DNA from: Mobula birostris
Lineage: Eukaryota
Assembly: GCF_030028105.1 (NCBI RefSeq)
Contig: NC_092379.1
Span: 25,661,821-25,725,820 of the forward strand
DNA length: 64,000 nt
Direction: 5' to 3'
Under the pieces are notes generated by a model that made no database searches, was not told where the DNA came from, and saw only the letters and a list, made by a program, of their open reading frames with translations. Shown in pieces: positions 38,801 through 48,635 of the stretch. Both the position numbers and the translations under genes were made by a program. Position 1 is the first letter of the stretch. Every line of letters starts with the position of its first letter.

Positions 38801-40333
38801 CTCCAGCAGGTTCATGTCCCCCACTGTCCGCTCCATGAGCCGCTGAAAGGTGGCTGGGGCCCCCGAGATACCTTGGGGCATTCGTTCGAACTGGAAAAAC
38901 CCCAGGGGACAGATAAAGGCTGTCTTCTCCTTATCAGTCTCGCTCATCGGAATCTGGTAATACCCATTCCGCAAATCCAATACACTGAACCACTGTGCAC
39001 CACTTAGACAGGCCAATGCATCTTCCACCCTCGGGACCGTATATTGGTCGGGAACAGTGCGGCGGTTCAGGGTCCTATAGTCCACGCACATGCGTACCTT
39101 CCCATTTTTCTTCCTTGCCACCACTATGGGGGACGCATATGGGCTTCGGGCCTCCGCAATAATCCCGGCATCTTTCAACTGCCGCAAGTGCTGCCGCACA
39201 TCCTCCACATCTGCTGGGGCCAACCGCCGCGACCTCTCCCTAAACGGGGTGTCATTTGTTACCCGAATGGTGTGCCGAGTGCTCTTGGAAAACCCTACAT
39301 CAAACTCGCCCTGAGAAAAGACATCCCCTAACTTCAGCATCTTCTCCACCAGCCTGCTCTTATACGCCGGCGGTACAGGGGAGTTTTCAAAATTAAAGGC
39401 CTCCTCGGTCAGCCGCCCCCCGTCTCCCAATAGTTCTCTTCCAGTGGGCTTCACAGGGGCGCTGGACATCACCGTCACCGGGAACAAGTGCGCGAGGGGC
39501 ATCCCGCGCTTAAAGGTGATCTCCCTCTCCGTTATGTTCCGTATCATCACCCCCATCCGCCGTGCCTGTACAGCTGAGGGCCTCTGCAATTCAGGTCTCA
39601 CCAGCGCCCCAGCCGGGAACCAGAACTCCCTTTCCAGGTCGTCGGGGGCGTCTACTAGCAGGGCCTCTCCCGGCGGCAATCCGGGGAATCTGGGGGTTCC
39701 CATCACTAATGCCGCCTCCCCTGGCTGTATCACCTTAGGCCTCGCCTGAGTGCACCACACCGTCCCTCGTTTGCACTCCGGGTCCAGCCCCTGGGGGTCA
39801 CTCACTCCTTCGTACACTCCTCGGAACACGGGGTGTACCGAGAGGGTCTCCAAAAAGTTCTCCCCCCCCTTCTTCTTACAGGCTCCCAAGAGCCGTCGCA
39901 CCAGAGGGGAGTTAGTCCCCACCAACAGGGCAGCACCACCGGTCTCCACCGGATCCGGACAAACCAACACCAGCGTCTCAAAGGCTTCCGATACTCCCAC
40001 ATCTCCCTCTGAAAATTCCACTCTCACTGACAAGTATCCATCGTACGGGTAATCACCATCACTTATGCCCCAAATCTCCAATGCGTTAAACGGAGTTACT
40101 GCCAAATGCTTCAGATATTGGTTGTAGAACGACCGGTACAGTAAGGTAACCTGCGACCCGGTGTCAAGGATGGCTTTCGCAAAGATCCCCTCTATCCGTA
40201 GGGACACGCTGGAACGGGGTCCCACCAGCCCATCAGGAATTTGGGCTTGTTTGTTCCGGGGTTCCATAGGGGTTTTCTGGGAACGTGTTCCTCCCGAGAC
40301 TCCAGTCCGTTCCCTCACTGAGCCTCTCTTAAG
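35849..40333 (-). CDS. pol: Pol (protease-RT-RNase H-integrase), reached by -1 frameshift from gag
   Basis: LDTGSQVT protease, VYLDDLIV RT, HTDAS RNase H, HDDSGH..CSRC zinc finger, D..SDQG..E integrase core; no stops over ~1490 codons; no chromodomain or env seen. Confidence 0.95.
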   Translation of the reverse strand, partial: LKRGSVRERTGVSGGTRSQKTPMEPRNKQAQIPDGLVGPRSSVSLRIEGIFAKAILDTGSQVTLLYRSFYNQYLKHLAVTPFNALEIWGISDGDYPYDGYLSVRVEFSEGDVGVSEAFETLVLVCPDPVETGGAALLVGTNSPLVRRLLGACKKKGGENFLETLSVHPVFRGVYEGVSDPQGLDPECKRGTVWCTQARPKVIQPGEAALVMGTPRFPGLPPGEALLVDAPDDLEREFWFPAGALVRPELQRPSAVQARRMGVMIRNITEREITFKRGMPLAHLFPVTVMSSAPVKPTGRELLGDGGRLTEEAFNFENSPVPPAYKSRLVEKMLKLGDVFSQGEFDVGFSKSTRHTIRVTNDTPFRERSRRLAPADVEDVRQHLRQLKDAGIIAEARSPYASPIVVARKKNGKVRMCVDYRTLNRRTVPDQYTVPRVEDALACLSGAQWFSVLDLRNGYYQIPMSETDKEKTAFICPLGFFQFERMPQGISGAPATFQRLMERTVGDMNLLEVLVYLDDLIVFGSTLEEHEERLLKVLSRLKEEGLKLSLDKCQFCKTSVSYVGHIISRNGVATDPDKIAAVTTWPRPQKVSALRSFLGFCGYYRRFVKGYAKMSHPLNQLLCGYPPMGGRRRKGDRGSEVGGYLNPGEPFGVRWDAQCEEAFQSLKRALTQAPVLAFADPRKPYVLHTDASHEGLGAVLYQEQGNGLRPVAFVSRSLSPSERNYPTHKLEFLALKWAVVDKLSDYLYGAQFEVRTDNNPLTYILTSAKLDATGHRWVAALSAYEFSLKYRPGSRNIDADALSRRAHDESGTAEEWKSVPAQGVKAMCQVGSDGEVGAQMGTDRAVDQLGADGDALPTGYCNVTALRNRQLPELSHQEVRAAQRDDPSLGTIWYAVSQGDMGQVEKAKHASVPLLLKEWPRLKLKNHVLYRVTSPPDHPRRWQLVMPEKYRKAVLQALHDDSGHLGVEKTYGLVKDRFYWPRMRGEVEEYCKTCSRCVRRKTLPAQAAPLSHLQSAGPMDLVCMDFLSIEPDTSNTANVLVLTDHYTRYAQAFPTKDQKATTVAKVLWEKYFVHYGLPRRIHSDQGRDFESRLIHELLDMLGVEKSRTTPYHPQGDPQPERFNRTLLDMLGTLEIGRKSKWSQHIAHLVHCYNCTRNDATGYSPYYLMFGREARLPIDLCFGTEAGEIPSKPCLKYVSDMRRELKRAYELAEAAATKQNQRNKRRYDQKVKFVQLLPGDRVLIRNLGLQGKHKLADRWAATPYVVESQMPNLPVYRVRPEGGQGPVKVLHRNHLLPLGREVKMDLESEWEFTPSTRTLRGRGAREEAAAKKTGPVPTSRRDTSSEDDDSDVWYLLPFADSPVPGEETLGPSITESGGPREGVAEPPVLQPALGEERVEAEPEPEGSPGQRDPGEGEGPTDRLEGSPGVSEQGESTEEVLRPQRSRHPPERLTYIAPGEQGVISTALQSYVTALCTWVGFCVLQGVLVNSVNVMRA

Positions 40334-40339
40334 TTTCCC
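40279..40339 (-). promoter_or_regulatory. -1 ribosomal frameshift signal: G GGA AAC slippery heptamer, 8-nt spacer, predicted H-type pseudoknot
   Basis: Heptamer at 40333-40339 in the gag frame; a -1 shift enters the pol frame (LKRGSVRERTG); stems GGCUCAGU/ACUGGAGUC and GGGAACG/CGUUCCC. Confidence 0.85.
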
Positions 40340-41625
40340 GACACCTCTCCCTTCTTGGTGGCCTGGGGGCCCTCCCCCCTCGGCGCATTTCGTCTCTCAC
40401 AATCCTTCCGTAAGTGGCCAGCTTCCCCACAGTGGTAGCACGCCCCCGGCCACTCACATTCCCGGCGGAAATGCCCCTCTCTCCCACAGTTATAGCACCC
40501 ACTACTCGCCGCCTCTCTCCTCCCGATACGGGCCCCCGAGGACCCCTTGGATTTCTCTGGTCTCATCCCGGCTACCACCTCCTGAACCGCTGAAGACCGT
40601 CCCTGAGGGTCCGAGCCCCCTGGTCGGCCCAAAGCACACTCCTCGGCCCGTACCTCTCGGATCAGCCGTCCGAATGATGGAGGGGAGCTCTGCTTAAATG
40701 ACTGCCGTACACTCCAAGCCACCCTGTCATCCTCCCGGGAACCGCTACATATCTGGCTCATCCTTAACTCCGCCACATCGTCCTCCCTCACTATACCTCG
40801 TCGCAGCAACCCCGTAAGCTTTCCTTCCAGCCTGAAAGCATAGTCGGAGAGCTTTTCCCCTCTTCTCTGCCCCATCCGTTGAAACTCTGCTAAATGCCGC
40901 CAGGGATCCCCTGACAGTCCAAACACTTCCTCCAAAGCGTCTAAACACTCCGATAGGGAAGCCAAGGGGCGTGCCGCTCTCAGATCGCGGACCACCCGGG
41001 CTGCCCCGCCCCTTAAGCTTTCCACCAATCGCTGTCTCTTTTCCTCATCCGAAACTGGCCACACCTCTAACAATTGGGATGTATCTTCAACCCAGGTCTC
41101 ATAGTCATCCTCCCCTTCCGGGGTGGGCTTGGCTCCCGAGAAAATTCTCAGCTTCGGGCGGTGCACCTCAACCCTTCTCGCCAGGGAGATAATGGCAGCC
41201 GTTAACTCGGCAGTCTCCTCAAGCCCATGGGGGCGAGGCCTGGCCAAACCTTCCCACTCCGCACCTCTACCTCTTGCTACGGGCACCCGGCCGGGGGCCT
41301 CAACTAGCTCCTCCGGCACCTCCTCACTTGCGTCCTCGGGGAGGGTATGGAGACCCCACGGCCCCGCCTCCCCCTGGACATGGACTGTCGCTGGTAATTC
41401 TAAAGCCATGACGTCGGCACTCGCCCGCACCAACATCCAGCAAGCCTCCAGTTCTTTCCCACCCCTTCTAGCTACAAGTTCTACCTGCCCGATACCTTTA
41501 ATCAAACTCAACCCTCGCACCAGTACCTCTGCCGGAATGCGATAATCGACCCCGCTTACCACACACGCATGATTCACCGGTACCTCCTCCATTTCACACC
41601 AACTTACAATCTTATCTCGCTCCAT
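40315..41625 (-). CDS. gag: Gag with PNMA-like capsid and two CCHC zinc knuckles (436 aa from MERDK)
   Basis: LRIFSG..YETW..EKRQRLVESLRG PNMA-type motifs; CYNCGREGHFRREC and CYHCGEAGHLRKDC. Confidence 0.93.
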   Translation of the reverse strand: MERDKIVSWCEMEEVPVNHACVVSGVDYRIPAEVLVRGLSLIKGIGQVELVARRGGKELEACWMLVRASADVMALELPATVHVQGEAGPWGLHTLPEDASEEVPEELVEAPGRVPVARGRGAEWEGLARPRPHGLEETAELTAAIISLARRVEVHRPKLRIFSGAKPTPEGEDDYETWVEDTSQLLEVWPVSDEEKRQRLVESLRGGAARVVRDLRAARPLASLSECLDALEEVFGLSGDPWRHLAEFQRMGQRRGEKLSDYAFRLEGKLTGLLRRGIVREDDVAELRMSQICSGSREDDRVAWSVRQSFKQSSPPSFGRLIREVRAEECALGRPGGSDPQGRSSAVQEVVAGMRPEKSKGSSGARIGRREAASSGCYNCGREGHFRRECEWPGACYHCGEAGHLRKDCERRNAPRGEGPQATKKGEVSGNLREAQ

Positions 41626-41679
41626 CTTCACACCACTTACCGCAACCACAAGTACAACTTTCCCGAAAAAAAAATCCAA

Positions 41680-41699
41680 ATCCCTGACGGTAGCCCCCA
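41680..41699 (-). promoter_or_regulatory. Primer-binding site, tRNA-Pro-like with a 2-nt bulge
   Basis: TGGGGGCT[AC]CGTCAGGGAT versus canonical tRNA-Pro PBS TGGGGGCTCGTCCGGGAT, 2 nt after the 5' LTR. Confidence 0.7.
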
Positions 41700-41701
41700 C
41701 T

Positions 41702-42313
41702 TGTAACGTTCCGTTATTTTGGCTCGTGTATGTCTAGGGGAAATCCCGCCCAGCACCTGCTTCAGCAGTCCCCTCAGGGTCAATCGTCGCCCGAATCAAT
41801 CACAAACATCAATCATCAGCCAGCACACCCAGTAAATTTTAACACATACACTTTATAGATATTACTAATTCTAGGGCATTAATATACATGTGATACAGAG
41901 AGGAAAGTAATGAAAAAAAAGGCGCCAACACTTATTCAAAGTCCAAGTTCTTCGCGCGCTACCGTTGGAGCTCAAGTTCGACGTCAGACGACCACCCGAA
42001 TTCCGTCGACCCACGGCTCGGGACCACCCGAAGTGATCGACCGGAGCCTCTCCGCACGTCCGCCGTCCTCCTCGTCTCTCCTCCCGACTCCCCGCCAAAA
42101 CTCAGTCCACAGTCATATCATACAGCATGGCATCCGAAAACAAAACGATACATAACCACCCATTGGCTAATAGCACCCTCTTATCACCCTCTAAACCACA
42201 ATAAACTGCTAGCGCAAACTCTCTGCAGCGTTAAAACACAACAAAGCCGCATTCCACAGATTAACATAACAAAAATCGCCATTTTAAATGTAACAAAAGA
42301 AAGACCCCGTACA
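41702..42313 (-). repeat. Gypsy 5' LTR
   Basis: Identical by eye to 35215-35826. Confidence 0.95.
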
Positions 42314-43367
42314 CTGAAAAACACGAGGAAGTAATCGATACTTTCGGACGACAGTCCGACGATTCAGTCGAGGAGCCGAGGGACGATAGGATCACCAGGA
42401 GAAGAAGGAAGCAAAAGGTTAGACAACGGAATATCGACAAAGCCTCGGCCGAGCGAATGAGTGAGACCACAAGAGAATTCATTTCCTTGCACTGGAACCT
42501 AAATACCGCAGGGCCCCTCACGGCAGGCTAACGACACGAGCTAGGAGCAGAAGAAAGGAAGGACCACAGGAAGAGACAGAAGCTAGAGGTAATACACTGG
42601 AATACCAACAGAAACTCGGAGGAGCGACAGAACACTACGAGAAAATTCACTTCTCCGACACAATGACCCATACACAGTCCTGATTGAGAGTCTTTTTTTT
42701 TTAATAACTACAAAATATGGCGAAAAATCTGCCAGCCAAAGTCAAATTTATATAACTACCCTAGAAACGAAAGGCTTAACAACTCAAGTTAAGATAAGAT
42801 AAAAAAAAAAAAAAAAACAAACAGACAAAAAGCAGGTGTTCTCAAACGCCAGATGCTGTGCTCTCTGGAAATCCATTTGCTTATGCCAGCACCTCCTCCA
42901 GTAAGGCGGGCACCTGATGGCCGAGGAATCTCTTAAGGCTTGACTGAAATAAACACAATGTGGACAGGAAGTTTGAGGTACTGATGTAAGACCTGAATAA
43001 CTCGGATGCCTCTGAAGGTGCCCTGAAGAATTACGAAGGAGATCGCTTAGGGCGGTGCTTTCACATCAGGAAATGTCCTCGCGGTATGGTGCCACGTCTG
43101 AAAAAAAAATATCAAAGCGGATATGTATCTCAATGGAGCTCCGCAGGCAGATCTGTGAAACACAAGGCAGACCTGGAGCTCAAAGCAGTGTTGAGAATAC
43201 CATACAGATCTGCAGTTGGGGGGAAAACTACATTTGACTGGGAAGTACGGCGCAAAACCCGGACCAGCGACACAGAGCTCCTAAACATTGCATAAACCCA
43301 GGAAACACTGCATTCGACGAGGGGACAGAGCACATAACTTGTGTACAAAAAATAAAAAAAAAAAAAC

Positions 43368-44937
43368 ATCCTAGAGTGCTTAAGGAAGTAGACCAAGAAA
43401 TAGTGGATGCATTAGTGATAATTTTTCAAAAATCGTTAGAGTCTGGACTAGTTCCTGAGGATTGGAGGGTGGCTAATGTAACTCCACGTTTAAAAAAAAA
43501 AAAAAGGAGGGAGAGAGAAACCGGGGAATTATAGACCGGTTAGCCTAACGTCGGTGGTGGGGAAACTGCTGGAGTCAGTTATCAAGGATGTGATAACAGC
43601 ACATTTGGAAAGCGGTGAAATGATCGAACAAAGTCGGCATGGATTTGTGAAAGGAAAATCATGTCTGACGAATCTCATAGAATTTTTTGAGGATGTAACT
43701 AGTAGAGTGGATAGGGGAGAACCAGTGGATGTGGTATATTTGGATTTTCAAAAGGCTTTTGACAAGGTCCCACACAGGAGATTAGTGTGCAAACTTAAAG
43801 CACACGGTATTGGGGGTAAGGTATTGGTGTGTGTGGAGAATTGGTTAGCAGACAGGAAGCAAAGAGTGGGAATTAACGGGACCTTTTCAGAATGGCAGGC
43901 ACTGACTAGTGGGGTACCGCAAGGCTCAGTGCTGGGACCCCAGTTGTTTACAATATATATTAATGACTTGGATGAGGGAATTAAATGCAGCATCTCCAAG
44001 TTTGCGGATGACACGAAGCTGGGTGGCAGTGTTAGCTGTGAGGAGGATGCTAAGAGGATGCAGGGTGACTTGGATAGGTTGGGTGAGTGGGCAAATTCAT
44101 GGCAGATGCAATTTGATGTGGATAAATGTGAAGTTATCCACTTTGGTGGCAAAAATAGGAAAACAGATTATTATCTGAATGGTGGCCGATTAGGAAAAGG
44201 GGAGGTGCAACGAGACCTGGGTGTCATTATACACCAGTCATTGAAAGTGGGCATGCAGGTACAGCAGTCGGTGAAAAAGGCGAATGGTATACTGGCATTT
44301 ATAGCGAGAGGATTGGAGTACAGGAGCAGGGAGGTACTACTGCAGTTGTACAAGGCCTTGGTGAGACCACACCTGCAGTATTGTGTGCAGTTTTGGTCCC
44401 CTAATCTGAGGAAATACATCCTTGCCATAGAGGGAGTACAAAGAAGGTTCACCAGATTGATTCCTGGGATGGCAGGACTTTCATATGAAGAAAGACTGGA
44501 TGAACTAGGCTTGTACTCGTTGGAATTTAGAAGATTGAGGGGGGATCTGATTGAAACGTATAAGATCCTAAAGGGATTGGACAGGCTAGATGTAGGAAGA
44601 TTGTTCCCGATGTTGGAGAAGTCCAGAACGAGGGGCCACAGTTTGAGGATAGAGGGGAAGCCTTTTTGGACCGAGATTAAGTAAAACTTTTTCACACAGA
44701 GAGTGGTGAATCTGTGGAATTCTCTGCCACAGGAAACAGTTGAGGCCAGTTCATTGGCTATATTTAAGAGGGAGTTAGATATGGCCCTTGTGGCTACGGG
44801 GTTCAGGGGGTATGGAGGGAAGGCTGGGGCGGGGTTCTGAGTTGGATAATCAACCATGATCATAATAAATGGCGGTGCAGGCTCGGAGGGCCGAATGGCC
44901 TACTCCTGCACCTATTTTCTATGTTTCTATGTTTCTA
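43368..44937 (+). mobile_element. 5'-truncated CR1-type LINE with near-intact RT
   Basis: ORF 43554-44684 with [21 protein letters not shown] and KFADDTKL; (TTCTATGT)n 3' tail. Confidence 0.92.
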
Positions 44938-46327
44938 CAACATGAAGGACCTTACGAACCTTGTTGACCCAGAGAACCTCGGAAAAAGTATCTTGAACAT
45001 AGACTGGAAATTCTCAAACATCCCCTGGGTTTATGTGGTGTGTTGTGAGTCACTTTGTCATGTTCCCAACTCAAATGTCTGGGCCCAGGAGCGGAGGTAG
45101 GACAGTATCCCCAATAAAGGGCGGGAAGATGAGGATGGACAGCACAGGGTTCATGACAGGATAGGTTACAGATACGTGCAGCAAATAGCAGATGGCATTA
45201 AACCCGGCCAAATATGAAGTGTGACTCTTTTACAAGACAAAGGTAAAGTGAACCTCGATGAGCTGAGAGATCTTGGGTTCCAAGGTCGTAGCTTCTTCTG
45301 AATTGTTATAGTGGTTCATAAAGGAGTTAAGTAGCCATGTAACATACTTGTCTTTATTAGTGGAGATACTGAGCTCAAAAGTAAAGATGGCATTTTGAAG
45401 CTTTAAAATGATCGGTTAAGCTGAAATTCAAACTCAAATTTGATACTAATTTTAGGAATATATTCTGGTTGCATCTGAATGGTTGCATGTAGTTCTGTTC
45501 GCTCCATTCTAGAAACGAAGTCGAGGATTTGGCGAGGGGGTAGAAGTTGTCTACGAGAATGCTGCACTGTTATAAGCCATCATGTGCTGTAACGAGAGGC
45601 CGAACAACTCGGATGTCTTTCAATGGAACGGCCACGGCTAAGGGCATACCTGATCGAAAGCTTTCAAGATAATTAAACATAGTAAGATACAGTATAAACA
45701 GAGGACATAGACAGTTTTTTTTGGGGGGTCACAGAGTTGTATGTCCAGTAACAGTAGGCAGGAATTTGCTGTGTGACAGAGTAATTTCAAAGGAGATATG
45801 AGGATCAGCTTTTTTTTTCCCACAAATAATTGTTAATATCTTCAATGCACTGCTAGTCGTGCTGGTGTAGACAGAAGTGATACACTTGGAACTTGAAAGG
45901 GAAGTTTGGAATGGCACTTGGGTGAGTAAATACGATATATATGATAAAATGTGTAGATAGAAATTGTTTTTTATTGGTTATTAATTTGTCAAATTAATTG
46001 GTTGGGCAGCAATATTTGTGTGATGAAATACTTACCGCCATGATCTATTATATTCTGTGTTCTTAGCTGCTCCAGTTTCTCGGCAGCTGAAATAAAACAT
46101 ATGACTGGGGGTGAGAGGAGAGTGAGGTGTGGCGTGGGCTCAGTGAACCAAGGTATATCTGTGGAAGGAAGTTAAGCTTGATACATTGTGGTTTTCCGGT
46201 GGGTTTTTCACCCTTTAAATTTCCAGCATCTGCTGTCGATTTTGAACGTGTTGACATTCTTGAGGTGCGCTTTGGGTTAACGCAGCGAGAGCGCCCACTA
46301 TAGAGCGCTGGTAGTAGCTGGTGCTAA

Positions 46328-46366
46328 AGTTTTTGCGCGCATCTGCTGCTTTCTTGCATCAGTGTG
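46328..46366 (-). promoter_or_regulatory. 23-RSS of V segment 1: CACACTG + 23 bp + GCAAAAACT
   Basis: Heptamer 46360-46366, nonamer 46328-46336, spacer exactly 23 nt, directly after the YLCAITP codons. Confidence 0.92.
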
Positions 46367-46673
46367 GGCGTTATTGCGCAGAGATAAATGGCCGAGTCGG
46401 AGACAAGTACCTCGGAGATATATAAAGGAACCGACCGGTTTTCGCTGTGATAAACTGTGGAAAACCTGTGCGACAAATTAGGCGACTGATCCGCATAACC
46501 AGTTCTCATCCTCTGCAGCAAATATCTCGGTGTTTCCCCGTGGTCTTGAATGTACCAGACAGCAGTATCAGCATTCAAAGTTACAGAATAACTGCAGTTC
46601 ACAATTATATTCTCTCCTTCCACAGCTATTATTTCTGAGGGATACTGGGAGACAGACTCTTTTCCAGAAGATC
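46367..46673 (-). CDS. TCR alpha/delta-type V exon (V1)
   Basis: Acceptor CTTGCAG|GA; VSQYPS..EGENIIVNC..WYIQ..TPRYLL..RFS..SVPLYIS..SDSAIYLCAITP with conserved Cys, Trp and Cys. Confidence 0.88.
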
Positions 46674-46753
46674 CTGCAAGATATAGAAAACGTGTGAGCA
46701 GCGCGAAAGTAATTTCCCCGAAAGACACCCTGAGCAAATAAACAGAGACTCAC

Positions 46754-46799
46754 CGCTTAGCACGAAAATAGTAATAACTATGTAATATGAAAAGAGCAT
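46754..46799 (-). CDS. Leader exon of V1 (MLFSYYIVITIFVLS-G)
   Basis: Hydrophobic peptide, phase-1 donor G|GTGAGT, 80-bp intron. Confidence 0.88.
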
Positions 46800-47220
46800 G
46801 ACAGCAGGTTAGGAATGGGAAGATGCAGGAAGAATTTTTACAGCACGTTCACGCTTCGGCTCAGAGACGGGAAATGAAATGTAGATCAGTCTGTACCATT
46901 GAAGTGACGCTGGGCGTTCCCTTTATTTATGAGTAGCTTATCATAGGCAATGGCGCATCATTCGGACAGCCCCCAACTTCCCTCTCTCTCTACCACAGAA
47001 CAAACGCCACCTATAATTTTCCGAATGAGAAACCTAGCGTTTGCAGAAGTCTATGTGTTGATAAGCAGGATACAGGGGCGAAATAGATTGTGTTGAATAA
47101 AAAAAAAGAAATGCGTCGACCGTCACTACAACAAGGAATTAATTGTGGAATGAGTAAAGGAGTTCCAGAAACTTACAATAGTGCTCATAGGATGATCAGC
47201 GGGGAAAAGGTCAAACAGTG

Positions 47221-47974
47221 TGTAGCACCCCCCCCCCCCCACCCCGGCCACCCTCAGGGTCGCACGGCTCGCTGTATTCTAGGGAAACAGCCTTCGGACC
47301 CGCCAAACTGGGTCATAGTTCGTGTGGATGCTGTGTGAGGTACCCCACACTGCCCAAATAACAGACAATACACCAGATGCAATTAAACGATTTACAGTTG
47401 ATAGGTATAACTGGAGCTATATAATGAAGAGAGAATAAAATATAACGGGAAAACAAAAGGCGCCACACTTATCAAAGTTCAATCTCTTCGTGCACAAAAC
47501 AGTTGGAGCTCAAGGGCCTTCTTCTTCACCCTGCGACCCCTCGGACCACCTCGACCGGCCGCCTGGGACCACCAAAGATGGTCGACCAATCGCTCCACAC
47601 GAGTCCGTCTCCGTCTCCTCGCCGAACGCCCTCCTCTGGGTCCGACCTCGTTAGCGGATATCACAGCACCTCGTCCATCCTCTGTCTCGCTCTCCCGCCT
47701 TCTGCCCCAAAACCCCGCGCATACAGTATCTTCAAATACACCAAAAACCATAAAAACTAACCCAATTTGTTAATCATACATTTGGCTGTCTTATCATACT
47801 CTAAACCAAAACAAGCCACTTGCGCAAGCTTTCTCAGCGTTTAACGTAACCCTCTATTGTTAACCCTCTATTGTTATTTCTCAGCGTAATAAAGCCGCAT
47901 TTCCCAGATTAACGTAACAAAGACGCCATTTTAATTAGCCTCCGCAGTAACATAGAAGTCGAAACCCCCTTCCC
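47221..47974 (-). mobile_element. Solo LTR related to the LTR of the intact Gypsy
   Basis: Shares AAAAGGCGCCA.CACTTAT, GTTGGAGCTCAAG, GGGACCACC and AAAGCCGCATT.C.CAGATTAAC blocks; flanked by (C)AGTG direct repeats; right terminus degenerate. Confidence 0.75.
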
Positions 47975-48142
47975 AGTGTAAAGTTCCTCGGTGTCAACAT
48001 GTTTGAAGATCTATCTTGGCCAACATTATCACCGAACACTTGGTGTAGTTCAGACCCTCCTCCACTTGTTCAGCGATTTTCATATTCCTTTTTGTAGCAA
48101 TGTAATTTTAACTGCTTGCGGTCTAGGCTCGATTCATATTGA

Positions 48143-48635
48143 AACTGTCCATGGAGGGGGTGCAGAGGAGATTTACTAGGGTGTTGCCTGGATGGAAAAC
48201 AAGGCTTAGGAGACAAGATTAGCAGAACTGTGCCTTTTCTCTTTGGAACATAGAAGAAGGAAAGGGAACTTGATACAGGTCTACAAGATTATGAGAGGCA
48301 TAGATAAGGTGGATAGCGAGTACCTGTTTCCCAGGACACGGATAGCTAACACCAGAGGACATATGTGCCAATCTAAGGGAAGGAAATTTAGGGGAGGTAG
48401 TAGGGGTAGGCTTTTCACACAGAGGGTTGTGGGTACCTGGAATGACGTGCCAGGGATAGTGGTGGAGGCTAAAACATTCGTGGTTTTTAACAGGCTCTTG
48501 GACAAGCTATTAGATGAAATAACAATAGAGGGTTACCGATACTGTGGGTTTAGTACTTTGTTTTAAGGAACACATGTGTCGGCACTACATCGAGGGCCGA
48601 AGGGCCTTTACTGTGCTGTAGTATTCTAGTTTCTA
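48143..48635 (+). mobile_element. CR1-type 3' fragment
   Basis: RRRKGNLIQVYKIMRGIDKVD..RTRGH translation and GGGCCGAAGGGCC..TTCTA tail. Confidence 0.8.

Larger units (their letters stand above)
35215..42313 (-). mobile_element. Full-length Ty3/Gypsy LTR retrotransposon (7099 bp)
   Basis: 612-bp LTRs TG...CA, identical by eye, 4-bp TSD CTGA (35211-35214 and 42314-42317), intact gag and pol, PBS and PPT. Confidence 0.97.

Noticed and set aside
36033-41545. Antisense ORFs within gag/pol (e.g. 36033-36536, 40161-40697)
   Set aside because: Expected shadow frames of GC-rich coding sequence; no recognisable motifs.
35215-42313. Intact Gypsy as the autonomous partner of the mini-LTR family
   Set aside because: Unrelated LTR sequence, tRNA-type versus non-tRNA PBS, and 4-bp versus 5-bp TSD.
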